A stretch of 64,000 bases of DNA, from positions 18,104,001 through 18,168,000 of the forward strand of contig JAQFVV010000004.1 of the NCBI GenBank assembly GCA_028023455.1, written 5' to 3'. Below, piece after piece: positions 50,915 through 63,631 of the stretch. The notes beneath the pieces are model-generated. The model was not told where the DNA came from, did no database searches, and was given only the letters and a program-made list of their open reading frames with translations. Each line of letters opens with the position of its first letter. The first letter of the stretch is position 1. This DNA comes from Epiperipatus broadwayi. Taxonomy: Eukaryota > Animalia > Onychophora. The position numbers and the translations under genes were made by a program.

Positions 50915-51040
50915 GTAGTTTTTGTAGTTCTTTACACTTGAGAAGTCTGCTTGTAGCAGTGAAACCTTTGGTAGTGTTTTAATATTATTTTTATGCTGGT
51001 CTGGTTGAATTTTGGATTTGGGGTAATTTTAATTATATAT
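50551..51040. repeat. Repeat family F inverted pair (about 50581-50715 and 50907-51040), plus a partial copy at 50829-50868 and a (TA)n run
   Basis: Near-perfect reverse-complement arms containing GAAGTCTGCTTGTAGCAGTGAAAC. Confidence 0.85.
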
Positions 51041-51429
51041 ATATACACACACACAAGAACTATATGCTAGTGTTTAATGTATCTACCTGCTACAACCATA
51101 ATGTGAGTTTGAATGTAGGCTGGCATAAGCCTGAAAATATTTTCAGATTGAAAGTATTTTTAGGATTTTCTCTTAGATACTTGGTCTAAATATATTATAT
51201 GTAGATATGAATCTAGTTATTTTTAATTATAAAATATACAAGGAAGGGAGGGCAGGAGTTTACCACCACCCCTTCCTCCAGGATCAGTGAATAATGTATG
51301 TTCTTCTATAGATTTTTTGGGAAAACCTTGTATCCTCTATGCGACTATTAATAGTTTTTTTTTTTTAATAAATAAAATGTCAAGATTTATTTTTCCATTT
51401 ATGTCTACAAGAATATATTAAATAAAATC

Positions 51430-53125
51430 AAGAAAATAACCTTTTCCCCCCAATAAAAACAGTTCACTTATTAAAACAAATATAAATTATTAATAATAAA
51501 TAAATTATTTCTTGAATACTTATGATACAGTTGTTTCTTCAGATCAAAGTTCATGGTTGTTACTAATCAAAGTATTGAATATTAATTTGCATCTGATGAA
51601 CCAGATTGTAAATAATAAGAAGGTAGCCATCCTTATTGCTGTGAAGAATCCGCTTTTAATGTCATCATTTAGAAGCAATGGTGTATGCTTCTTCATTTTG
51701 GATATTGTAAGGAATTGTATTCCTCTGAGTTTGAAGTGCTTGACACTGTGAAAACAGATGTTTGACAGTTTCATTTGCATTAAGACAGAGCTGGAAAGTA
51801 GAATTTATTTTTGCAATTCCTCTTCTGTAAGAGAGAAATGGTTTGCAGGTAGAGCATCTAAGTTAACCTTTAAGATAAAATCCAGATATTTTGGCTCCAG
51901 ATGCCAGTACCTGAATTTTATGATGATGATATTGTTGCTAATGTTAAGCATAGTGGGATTTGGAGAGCTATTAATATGGATGAGGTTATATACCTCCCAG
52001 AAGTTAGATCTTCATCTTAAATGAATGGTCCACTATGTTTATATTTTTATTAATTGAGGAGATTATAGATGTAAGCCAATCATTTTTTTTATGGAGGCCG
52101 ATCAGTAAGAACAATTTGGGTTAAAAATATGGCACTAGGATAATTTGTTTTGAGCTTATATACAGTATTGAAAGATTTTTGAATAAAGAAGATATTAATG
52201 GAATGTAGAGATAGTCCGTTGAACTTAGAATGCTTTTCCAGATTTCTTATGCTATGACTGCAATTTTTTTTATTCCAGATAAGCTTGGAACAAAAAGAGT
52301 TAACTTTTTTAAATAAAGTTGTTAGTGAAATTGATGACTGGCATATAAAAGTTAATTCTAGAAAATATTAGAATATTAATTAAGGAGATTTTGGTATGAA
52401 TCGACATATAGACTTTGGAGAGAGCATTAGTAGTTTTCTGTGTTACATTGAATAGATTTTCTCATAGCCGAATGAGATTTGAATACCGGAAATCCAAGAA
52501 AATTTTGAGGTTTGGCTGTAAACTGGGAGGCTATATTAATGCCTGTATTAATTCTCCAGGCAGAGGATTTATCTAAATTAAAATGGAGTCCAAATTGAGT
52601 GGTGTAATTTCGCAAAATTGAAGCTAATTTAGAAATGAATTTTTTTGAGGGAAGAAAGATTGATATGTCATCCATATAAGTAATATGATGAATAGATTTG
52701 TTAATTATCGGTATGTAAATATCAGGAAGATTTTTTTCTATACTTTTAAGGAGAAGATCGATATATGCTATGAAGAGAAGGGCACTAAGTGGGGAACTCT
52801 GGAGAATAGAATTGTAAGGCCTAAAGACAGGCGCAATTTTCACATTGAGCGTAATAAAGATCTCTCTGTTGTAGAATAAGTTGGCAATAATATTGATTAA
52901 TTCTTTCGGAACTTCATATTTATCCAGAATTTCAAAAAGAACGTTATTTTTTACATTGTCAAAAGCACCGGCAATGTCAAGCTGGACAACTATAAGACAA
53001 GTTTTCCTATTAATTCTGATGTGATCGCGGATGATCTGGAAAAGGTTGATAGTATCGCCTGTTGAGGCTCCTTTTTTAGCAAATTGGAATTCTAGTTTCA
53101 TATACTTAATACCGCTAACCATCCC
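51430..53125 (-). mobile_element. 5'-truncated non-LTR retrotransposon reverse transcriptase (L1/Tx1-like), decayed
   Basis: ORF 52427-53122 with LDIAGAFDNV, QSSPLSALLF and YMDD; downstream LCLNANETVKHLFSQC (zf-RVT) and IWFIRCKLIF. Confidence 0.9.
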
Positions 53126-53949
53126 TTATTGATCAGTAAATGGATATTTACCTATTCCAAATGTAAAACTGACACCTTTTTTATTGTTTTTTTTTTTTTA
53201 AAATTATATTTCTTTGAAATGAACTGTATATTAAGAAATCTATTTCATCTCTCTCTCTCTCTCTCTCTTTTTACCTACGTGGTTAAAAACACTTTTCTTC
53301 TGAATTTAATATTCTTCGTTTCATTATATTCTTTTCTTACAATTAAATCTGCAAGATTATGTAGATTTTTTTTTAAAAAAAGAAAAAGAAATACATGATT
53401 TGATTAACTTCAAAAAAGTTTTAGATTTTAATTTTGCTTGTGTGATTTAGACAGTAATTGAGAAGTGGAAGCGGTGCAAATTGGAGGGCTGAAAAAAGCT
53501 CACTACGATTTATAGTACTCCATTACTTTATTCTATCCCAACCTGAGAAATATTTTAAATCTTACGCAATATCTGGGTAATGATACGTTTTTAAATCTGT
53601 AATCCGTCAACTGTTAATTAAGCGTTCACTTCTGGATAGAATAAAATGCGACTTTTCCCAGAAAATTGTTTTCTAATATCACTTAATTAATTTTGAAGTT
53701 ATTTTAATAGAAAAAGGAAAATTAATCAATTACCAAAAAATGACTTAAAATAACGATTTCTGTACGTAGAAGTTAGCTTTTTTTTTTTTTCCAAATACTA
53801 TAAAATATGTAACTTTAAGTTAAGATAAAAAGCTTATTTATTATATAATTTATTGATTGCAATAAGAAATCAATCTTCCGACAGGAATCTCCATCTTTAC
53901 TAAAGAAAACTGAAAAGATTTTATTTATTTATTCATTCACTGTGTGGAT

Positions 53950-54700
53950 TTTAAAAACAGCTTAACAATTAAACGATATCATGAACGAACCTGTATAGAT
54001 TCCAATCAGGAGATATATTTACTAGTGGGTTATTAGGTCCTTCAATTCTGTTTACTATATCCATAAATTCGACCTCATTGATTATTTGGTTCATATTTTG
54101 AATTTGCCCACTTTTACATAAATCAGTGGCTGATAAATTCCTTTTATGGCCAAATGAGCACAACTATCATGGTTTGTATTGAATCTACTGTTTAGATTCC
54201 AGTTATGTCTAGGAAGATCAAATCCATTTACTTTTATTGTTGGATCTGGAAAAAGAAATTTATTTGAAATCTCATAAGGATTCCATTTTTAATTATTCTA
54301 TTATAGATTCTTGGTTGAACATTCAAAAATGCAATCTTAGGTGGTGAAACTATATCTTGAGTTATTGAAGCCCATCTGCTTAGCAGTTATTTTAAAGATT
54401 TTTGTTAGGTAATTTATCTTCTGATATCTGCTGGAGGAATATGTGAAAGACATTGCAAAAAGAATAGATTCGCTTAAAAAGTACCAGCCAGCTTTCTAAG
54501 AAGGTTATTCCTAAAAATGAATTTTGATCAAACCATAGATAAATGAGAACAGTGTTAGGCTACAGTCCAAGGTCACTCTTAAATAGCACAGAATAGATAT
54601 ACATTTTAGACTACTATTACAAAAGATTATATTCAGGTTGCAGATGACTTTCTGTTATTTGGATCAAAAAATTGAATGTAGTTTTCAATGAGTTTGGAAT
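53950..54700 (-). mobile_element. Decayed I/Ingi-group LINE 3' fragment (tentative)
   Basis: RNNLLRKLAG, GFDLPRHNW and a decayed C-terminal zinc motif (CKSGQIQNMNQII) in the expected order. Confidence 0.6.
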
Positions 54701-54842
54701 AAGACTCCAGTTTTTGAAAAACATTTCCAATCTTTTCATATCCTTATTGAAAGAATTTTCTCTTTTTAGAAATCAAAGATATATATTATTAAAAGATTGG
54801 TTAATGTCTTGAAATACATTTACACCAAGGTTGTGCTGAACA

Positions 54843-55090
54843 AAAATAGGCAAAACTCTCTCCATACAGTAGTGCCACTCAAAGCAAGACAGAGTAATCA
54901 ATGGATGCCAGAAGGCTTGTGCATAAAATCCCTATCTAGGGATTTTATGCACAAGCCTTCTGGCATCCATTGATTACTCTGTCTTGCTTTGAGTTGCTTT
55001 GAATGGCACTATTGTATGGAGAGAGTTTTGCCTATTTTAACAGCAGTTATGAGCAAGCATGGGAGATAGAGACCATGTGATATGTTATGC
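54843..55090. repeat. Family A fold-back palindrome (A6): arms 54843-54934 and 54937-55038, then family A 3' continuation
   Basis: One mismatch and one 10-nt duplication between the arms; 2-nt loop; no HHR in this portion. Confidence 0.95.
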
Positions 55091-55313
55091 TGAACAATTA
55101 CTTTATAGAGTATCTCCATTTTAATATGCCACCAACATTAAGTTGAAGTAATTTTATGGGGTTTCTTAAGTGAAGAATTAGGTGCATCTGACATTTGAGG
55201 TGTTCCATACTATGTAATTATTTTTCATTTCAATAGCCTAGGACTCTCATCTTTACAGACTCGGTGTGGCTATTCTTCATGATACCATTGGAATTCATAT
55301 TAATAGTTTATTG

Positions 55314-55864
55314 CAGTGGTCTTCAACCCTTGGTCTGTGGACCAGTGCCGGGTCACAGACATTTTCTGCCAGGCCGAAGGAAAGTTTGTAATAACAAAAT
55401 AATAAGAGTTTAAACTTTTAATTAATATAAACAATTATTTATTTTTTCATTTCATTTTTACCCAATTAAAAAAAAAAGAAACAGAACGAAAACAAAATCT
55501 AATCAATCATACATAAATTAATTTGTTTTTTTTTTTTTTTAGTTAATCACAGATGTTTATGGGGGGGGGGGGGGTAGCATTAAATTTTTTATTATTTGTC
55601 TAAAAAAATTCAAAATTCAAAAAAAAGTTTTTTATTATACAAACTCCATATATATATATATAATTTCATCCTGCATATTTAACATTGTTGTTTTGATCAG
55701 TTATAACAATTATGCTCATCTAAAGCTAACCAGTTTACATCTTTAAGAAAATTTATCTATAGACTTCTGCCGGTCCGCGAAACCTTATTCTTATTTTTGA
55801 TGGGCCGTGAAACCTTATCCTTATTTTTACCGGTCCGCAGGTATGAAAAGGTTGAAGACCACTG
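55314..55864. mobile_element. Non-autonomous hAT (Buster-type) MITE, 551 bp
   Basis: Perfect 15-bp TIR CAGTGGTCTTCAACC / GGTTGAAGACCACTG; perfect 8-bp TSD GTTTATTG (55306-55313, 55865-55872) with central TA; subterminal GGTCCGC repeats. Confidence 0.97.
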
Positions 55865-56016
55865 GTTTATTGTATACTTTTATGATATGCTATCTTAACC
55901 AAGAGTTGCATCAAGTGGACATATTAATTTCATGTGTCAATGCAAGCCATTTGTAGAGTGAATTATGTGAAGACTGTCATTTATTAACCAGTGAAACATG
56001 TAAAAGTATTAGTCTT

Positions 56017-56095
56017 TTTTTTTCTTTTTTTTTTCTTCCCCGGGACAGCTGCTTGAAATGCAGCTATGCTAACCACTAGGCCACTAACGCTTGAC
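56017..56095 (-). mobile_element. tRNA-Gly-derived short SINE, copy S6 (3'-truncated at the T arm, anticodon position TTC, polyA tail)
   Basis: GTCAA GCGTTAGTGGCCTAGTGGTTAGCATA GCTGC ATTTCAA GCAGC TGTC CCGGGG plus A-rich tail; 7-bp TSD TAGTCTT (56010-56016, 56096-56102). Confidence 0.85.
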
Positions 56096-57821
56096 TAGTC
56101 TTCACTTTTCTAATCAGTTTTTACAAAAATAACATTAGTGGTTTTGCTATAAGGCTAATCATAAGTCTAACCATATTTGTGCAGAATGATAAGTGTTAAT
56201 ATCTTTCAAAAAAGCTAAAAATAATTCAAAAATTAAACAAACTGTTTATTATATATTAAACTATAGAACCCCAAAATTTTAAGTATAAGCTTTTTATACT
56301 TTGAGTCTAATATTGTCTTAACTATTTCCTATATGTTTATTTGACCTTTTTTTATTTATGTACTAATTTTGTTTTCTTTTTCGATTTTAAAACTATTCAT
56401 TATATATCGTACATATTAGTATGTGCTCCTAAATGAGTCATCCTAACTCTAAAGGTCAAAATATGCACGATAGAGACAAAACAACAAAAAATTGATGAAG
56501 GCATTTATCACAATTACAAGCTGTTCCTTTAGTGTATCTTGATCACTCTGTCATTTACCTTCAACAGTAAACTTTCCTTTTTGAAAAACTCAGTCCTGTA
56601 ATTCGATGCAGTTTTTTTATCATACTTTATCAACAATCATTCCTTCCACATAAAACAATCATATTATCATTTCATAATATTTTAGAGATTTATAATTTAA
56701 TGAAATTGCTTCTACATCGAAAATCGTGCTCAACATCATTTTTTTAGAAAGTCTAAATCCTGTTTCATATATTCAATCTAAAATAGACATATCCTTACAC
56801 TTTATATTTTACATTTACAAGTTTACTTTCTTATAAATTGTTATTTTGATCTTGAAATCATATTTTCACAATATATGGGGGAACAAATACATTTTTTATT
56901 TATCTTTATATTTATATTGATAGAAAATAGGTTTCACTTTCGTACAATAAGAACAACTTCCTATACTGTATACGATTTAATTGATTTCTGTAATGAAATA
57001 CTTTTAACTTGGTAAAATCCTCATTTGTACTTTAAAATGAATGTTGCACTTTAAGTTATATTTGAATTTATCCATGTTCTAGATGTTAACTACCGAAGCC
57101 AAATATTGCTAGAAATTTTATGTCTGTCATTACTTGATAAAAATCAATTTTATTAAAAAATTAATTATTAAAACCAATTCCTTATAATTACATTCTATGA
57201 ATGATTATTTGATTGGCAAGAATAACACAACCATCTGCATATTAATTTAGGAATTAAAAAATATACTTTTGTTTGGGCTTTTAATTAGTTCAATTTGAAA
57301 AATCCCCAATCAAGCTTATATACAAGTTGATGTCGTAGTTATCTATGAATTATTCTAAAGACCACTGATATAAAAATAGAAAGTCAGAATTAGTACACAT
57401 GTTTTTTTTTTGGTTTTTTTTTGACAACATATTTAGGATTTTCCTTACTTTCTCGGCTGCCATATTTTAGGACATTTATTGTCATTTGTTATCAAGGTTT
57501 CATTTATCATTAATCAGAATGGTATCCTACCATAGAATTTTTATACAAACTTTTAAAATAAGTGGGAAAAAAAATGAGAAAATAGGCAAGAGAAAAGCTA
57601 TACCTTTCAAAAATTAGGACTCAGTTTATAGTCATTTGATATATACATAATTTGTAACGTGAGCACACACATATACGCACGCTCATCTACATATATATCA
57701 TATATACATTCATCTATACAGTATATATATATATCATATACACATTCATCTATATATATATAATTATCATTACTTTTAAATATTATCAGATTATGATAGA
57801 ATGAAAGTCTCTTTAAGATTA

Positions 57822-57891
57822 ATCCAGTTTCTGGATCAGTGACTTCTCCACATCACATCCAGTTTCTGGATCAGTGACTTCTCCACATCAC
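57822..57891. repeat. Perfect 35-bp tandem duplication
   Basis: ATCCAGTTTCTGGATCAGTGACTTCTCCACATCAC x2. Confidence 0.95.
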
Positions 57892-57899
57892 ATCAACAA

Positions 57900-58750
57900 A
57901 CACCCTTTTTTTATTCAACCATTTTAAATGAGATCTCTTTCTAGATCTTTTGCAATATTTTGGTATCCAGTTTAAAACTTCAATTGTCCATTTATAATTA
58001 TCTCTTCTAGCAATATCTCTGGTTCAGCTCCATTTTACTTCCTTAATTTTTTCAATGATGACTATGATAGCTGTGTGTTACCTCACTCAAGTATTGTGCT
58101 TTCATCCTTTCTTGTTGCTCCTAACATAATCTTTTAATACTTTATTTAATGATGTGATCTTTATTAAATGTCCAAGTCTCAGATCCATATGCAGTAATAA
58201 TATATCCAAAATATTTGTAAACTTTTAATTCATAGTTATTAATATTGATTCCTCCTGGAAAACTCCATTGAAACTTTTTAATATTTATCTTTAGTTATAC
58301 TTTTTTTTAATTTCATCTCATAATTTTTGCAACATTTCCTGATATCCTCTGAAACAATGTTTGCAAAATCAATACATAATGTTCAAAATGCAAATGGCTT
58401 AAATAATCTCCTATATTTTAGTCCCTTATCTTACCGTTTTAATCTACAAAATTTTCTTATAAAATTGTTATAAAAATTTTGAAGATGTGTAATCTTCCTG
58501 TCATACACTTTTCTCAATTTTAATGTTTTTAGAATCATCATATAATCTAATCACTGTTGTTGCATTGTGATAAATATTCTTTAGAATATGATTATTTTGA
58601 TTCTATATCTTTATGGTCCAAAGCTTTAACCATAGGTAAAAAACTTACAGAATTAAATGGCTTTTCATAACCTATAAATCCAACTCTTGATAGTAATTCC
58701 AATTCATTGTTCCTTTTATAACTTACTTTAATATTTGAATATGAGCCTTT
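57900..58750 (-). mobile_element. Decayed RTE-clade LINE fragment
   Basis: Homologous to 46341-46652 (TCCAGTTTAA.A.TTCAATTGTCCAT.TAT.ATTATCTCT); upstream VYKYFGYII resembles the RT YLG region; upper boundary approximate. Confidence 0.7.
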
Positions 58751-59194
58751 ATGCTAATATTAATTTTAAATTCTGTTTGTTCTTTTGATTGTTTTGAATC
58801 CAAAGTTTGCTAGAGATAAGTTGTAATTATCTTGATAAAGATTTTATATATGAACTGACTATGACCTTTCTTAAATATCAACATTATTATTACATTCTTC
58901 CATCACTTGATATAACTTTATCATTTAAACAAATACAACTTTGTCAACATTTTTTTTATTTCATCATGTGCTTCTTTAAAAATATTAATAATATTTCCAT
59001 CATTTCTAGATCTTTTCCCTTCTTAGTAGATTTAATTGTAAGTTTCATCTCACGATTAACATCTAATGCGTTTTACCTTCTCTTTCATTCTATAAAGATA
59101 ACTTTAGAAGATTTTTTTCCTGAAATTAACTACTTAATATTGTTTTATCAAGAAAGCTGAAGTCTTGTAGACAATAATATAATAAATATCATTT

Positions 59195-59690
59195 GTTTGA
59201 ATAAGTCTGTATTCAACATTTAATAACATTGCAGCACATGGCTCAAGAGATTACTTCTTGGCCATCCTTTTTGAAATTCAGACTTTATATTTATTCACAG
59301 AGGGTGTTGCTGAAAAACTTAACATTTAGGAGATTGATTTGATATTTTATATTTGAATTTTCAGCTAGTGATATGCTCTGGTTATATTTCTTATATATTT
59401 ATGTTTGGAGATTGCAAAGTTTTAAAATGACTAATATATTAGTCTTTCTTTGAATACATAAATCAAACATGTTTATTTATGAGCAATTTAGAGTCATTGC
59501 TAATTTAAATTTCACACTTCTTGTTTGCATAAATCTGTATTTCAATATTTAACAACACTGCAGCATATGGTTCAAGAGATTATTTTTTGGCCATGTTTGA
59601 AATTCAGCCTTTATATTTATTCACAGAGGGTGTTGCTAAAAAACTTAACATTTGGGAGAGTGATTGATATTTTATATTCAAAAAATATAC
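59195..59690 (+). repeat. Diverged direct duplication of ~150 bp (about 59200-59350 and 59528-59685)
   Basis: Shared GCAGCA.ATGG.TCAAGAGATTA.TT.TTGGCCAT...GAAATTCAG.CTTTATATTTATTCACAGAGGGTGTTGCT.AAAAACTTAACATTT. Confidence 0.9.
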
Positions 59691-61624
59691 ACTGGTCTAT
59701 TTCTTATAAATAGAATATATATTATTGATTAAAATAGTATATATAAACAACAACAATAATTTCATTTTAAATCATTCAACATTAATAAGAAAAATTATTT
59801 ATTTAATTTTGACTATCATGGTCAATAGAAATCAATAGTGTTTGTTCTAATATTAATTAATTCTAAAAAAGCAAGTACATTTTGCATATACATTCTGACA
59901 CTTTACAATTGCTTGTCAAGACAAAAAGAATTTGAAAATGAATTAATAAATATTAAATGGTAATACGTTTTAAATGATATGTTTTAACAATTATTTATTA
60001 AACAAGCTGTAAGTTCTATCTATTAAACAATTAAACTGTCATCTTAAATTTGGAGTTGAATAAAGAAATTATATAAAAAGTACTCATATGAAACGATTTA
60101 TTATGTTTATAATTGCTATAACATAGTCGATGCAAAAAAGACTAAATGAAAAAGTGGATTATCTGATCAACATTGCATGAGATGTACTAGATTCCATGGG
60201 ATCTAACTTAAAGAATAAAAAGGTAGATCTAAAATTGGAGCATTACATATTATTATTAAAAATTGATAATAAAAATATGCAAAAGAAAAATAGAATTCCT
60301 GATTTATATTCTGTATTTTATAGATTAGTTTTTTCAAGTAATAAAAAATCTCAGCCAAATATAATCGAAAAATTTTACAAGTGCATTTAAAAAGTTGAAT
60401 AAATGATAAAAGAAGCAATTAGAAAAGAATAAAGTATAGAATATCAAATTACTAAATAACCAAAAAAATGTGACTATTTTTAAAAAAAATCCAAGTGTGA
60501 TTTGATAGAAAAAGATATTAATTTTAAAGAATTGGTGAAGAATTTTAAAATAAAAAATAGAGCTGGTATGATAATAAATGCCATTTAAAAAAACAAAAAA
60601 CAAAACAAGAGTAATGGATAAATAATGAATAGCAATGAAGACATTTGGAAGATAAAATGACTAGGGCCAAATGATTATGCTGGTTAAGCAGAATTGCATC
60701 TTTGATTTTTTTTTTTGCTTGAAATATATAATCAGAAAATTTCAAATATGTAACATATAATATTTAATATTATTACACTCTGAGAGGGAAAAAAAGAGAG
60801 GAATTACTTAATGAATAGTTTATGAAAAGAAAGGAGGGTATATAATTTTTAATTAAATCACTTTTCAAATAGAAATTCTTTTAATTAACAATTTTAAATA
60901 CTAGAGAGCTCCTGTGCAGGAATTTTTATTGTTGTAAAATTACAAATAGCTAAAGTTCTTTACTCAGCTTTAAACAATTAAATTATTTAATATTTACAAA
61001 AAAAAATGTTTTAAATGTAATTTAAAATAATAATTTAGCTATATTGAATTGATAAAATAATGTTATCATATTCTTGTTCTCTGGAAAATACTGTGTTATA
61101 GATTTACAAATAAGTAAGTGTGTTTTGTTTAGCCTTAAAAGAAAATAATTATTTAATATTCATGAAAAGAAAAAAATGTTTTAAATTATAAAAATTTAAC
61201 CATATGAAATTTATAAAAAATTTCATGATACGTAATATAATGTTGTCTGTGACAGTTTGTTTATTATAAGTTTTCCCTAAGTGGAGGAATTTTTTACTTT
61301 AGTTTGTTAGCTCATAAAAGCATTTTTGTGAATATAAATTGAGTTCTGAATCTGGTATCCACAGTAGGTAAATAACTTAGGATCTTTTTTCGATCCAGTA
61401 AATAATATTTTATTTTATTAATTAAATAAAGTTTTGAATGAAGACACAACACATAAAATGTTTTCCCACTTTAATTAGGAAGAAGTAACAATTCATAAAA
61501 GTCAAAGTCTGCTATTTCTGGAAGTTTTAAATATCTTCATATTTATTTCAGAACGCATGTTTAGTTTTGGATCTGAATCGAGGTTGATGGAAAAACATCT
61601 GTAAAATATAATATAGGTAAATTG

Positions 61625-61848
61625 AGAAAGACAGAGAAAGAGGGGAGGGGGAGAGAGAGGGAGGGAAAGAATAGAGAAAGAGAGAGGGAGGAAGGAAGGG
61701 AGAAAGGGAGGGAGAGAGGAAAAGAGATAGAGAAAGAGAGGAGAGAGGGAGGGAGAGAGAGATAGAGAAAGGGAGAGGGGAAGAGGGGGAAAGAGAAGGA
61801 AGGAGTGGGAGGGAGAGAGAAAGGAGAGAGATAGAGAAAGAGAGAGAG
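61625..61848. repeat. GA-rich polypurine low-complexity tract
   Basis: Almost exclusively G/A on the + strand. Confidence 0.95.
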
Positions 61849-63631
61849 ATTTTATGTAACCAATACAAATATTTGCTTCTAATTAATTATTTTTGAATTT
61901 TAACTTTTGATTAGTCTAAAAAGACACGTTTAAATTTACTGTATGTATATACTAAAAGCTCTATGCGTATTATTTTTTTATGTTACTTATGCATATACAT
62001 AATTTATTTTCTGCTTTTCTTCTTAAGTCAGTGTAACTATTTTCGTTCCGATATAATTTTTTACTTTTTCTACATGCTGCTTTTTTTTTCCATCTCTTCA
62101 CAATATGTTTGTTTGTTCTATTTAATTTCTGGATTTGTTAGGTTTTTTCTATCTTTTTATTATTATTATTAATTTTTTATTCACTCATTCTTTTTTCAAA
62201 TCACAGTTTTGTAGGTTTTTTTGTCTCAATAAGCATGGTTTCTGTTTTTTCCACGATGAAAATTAAAAATCTTTTATTTTCCTATTTTTTATCTGAATTA
62301 TGTATTGATTACACTTCTTATAAGGCATTACTTTGTCTCCATATTTTTTTTAGTAATGATGGTTTCCATTTGCAGACCTTGGTTTCACATGCCCATCCAC
62401 TTCTTAATAATGGTGATTATAATTATTATTATGTTTATGATTAAAAGTTTGTTTACCATCACAATTCTAACATTATATTATTACTAGTTTTCTCCATACT
62501 GATGAGAATACAATTTTCACATATTTGAACTCATTTGTTTACAATTTCATTTCATTTTTATTTTAATTTTTTCTTTTCTTTTTATTTTACTTCTATCCCT
62601 GAAGAAATTCCTTAGTATTTTGTTCATAGTTCATTTAAATCTTTAAAATCCTTATGCCAAAATAACACAAATAAACTATATATTAAATCTTCTTGCCTTT
62701 TATGTCTAGTCATATATAATATTTACCTAAAATAACTGGAAAAATATACAAAAAATCCTAATTGCATAACGAATTGACAATTCAATTCAATTTCAAGCTA
62801 TTTATTTTATATTCGTTCTGCAATAATTATATAGAAGTGCTTCCAATTTTCCTAGGTTGTCTAAAATTTATAAAAAAAGATATTTAAACAATCACAAAAT
62901 TGTAATATTTTTTATGTACATTATATACATGTTTATATGATGTCTTATGATAATCTTTTAAGTTCTTCTGAAAAACTTCAATACCTTATCTAATAGTATT
63001 TCTCTATTATATTTTATCCATAGTTATATTCACACCACAAAAACAAACAATATAGAATGATTTTAATATAATATTTATAACTTAAATAGGATTTAACTTT
63101 TTTGTTAAAATTATGCTCAAGTTCACCAGAAAATACTTTTGTAAGAAGTCAGTTTTATTTATTTTTTCATGTATGCAATCCAACATAAGTATATCTTTAT
63201 ATTAGTAGATTCAATAAACACTATTATCTACAAAGCTGAAGAATATGGTTATTGGAGTTAAGATTTTAAACTGCAGTATTTTCCGAATAGTACAGAACAA
63301 TCTTAAGTCATATTTTCCCCAGTATCTTTATGTTTTGTTGGTAAGGGATCCTGTCTTATTACTATATATTAAATTTGATGAATAATAGCATATGTATAAT
63401 TAATTTAGATAAACTAGTCATATTACAATAGTAAAATATCTTATCTGAAGTAAATTATTGAAGTCTGTAGTACCTAATATAAAAAGAATCTGTGTTTCAT
63501 TTTAAAGTATAACTTTGCCTTTCTAGCTAAAAGCTAACAAGATATTGACAAAGTACCCAATTTTTTTTTAATTTTTTTTTTTAAAAATCTAATTTATTAT
63601 ATAACATTATGTATAAAAATGAATTATATAA

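Noticed and set aside
57822-57891. 35-bp repeat as a CRISPR-like array
   Set aside because: Two directly adjacent copies with no spacer in a eukaryotic context; a simple tandem duplication.
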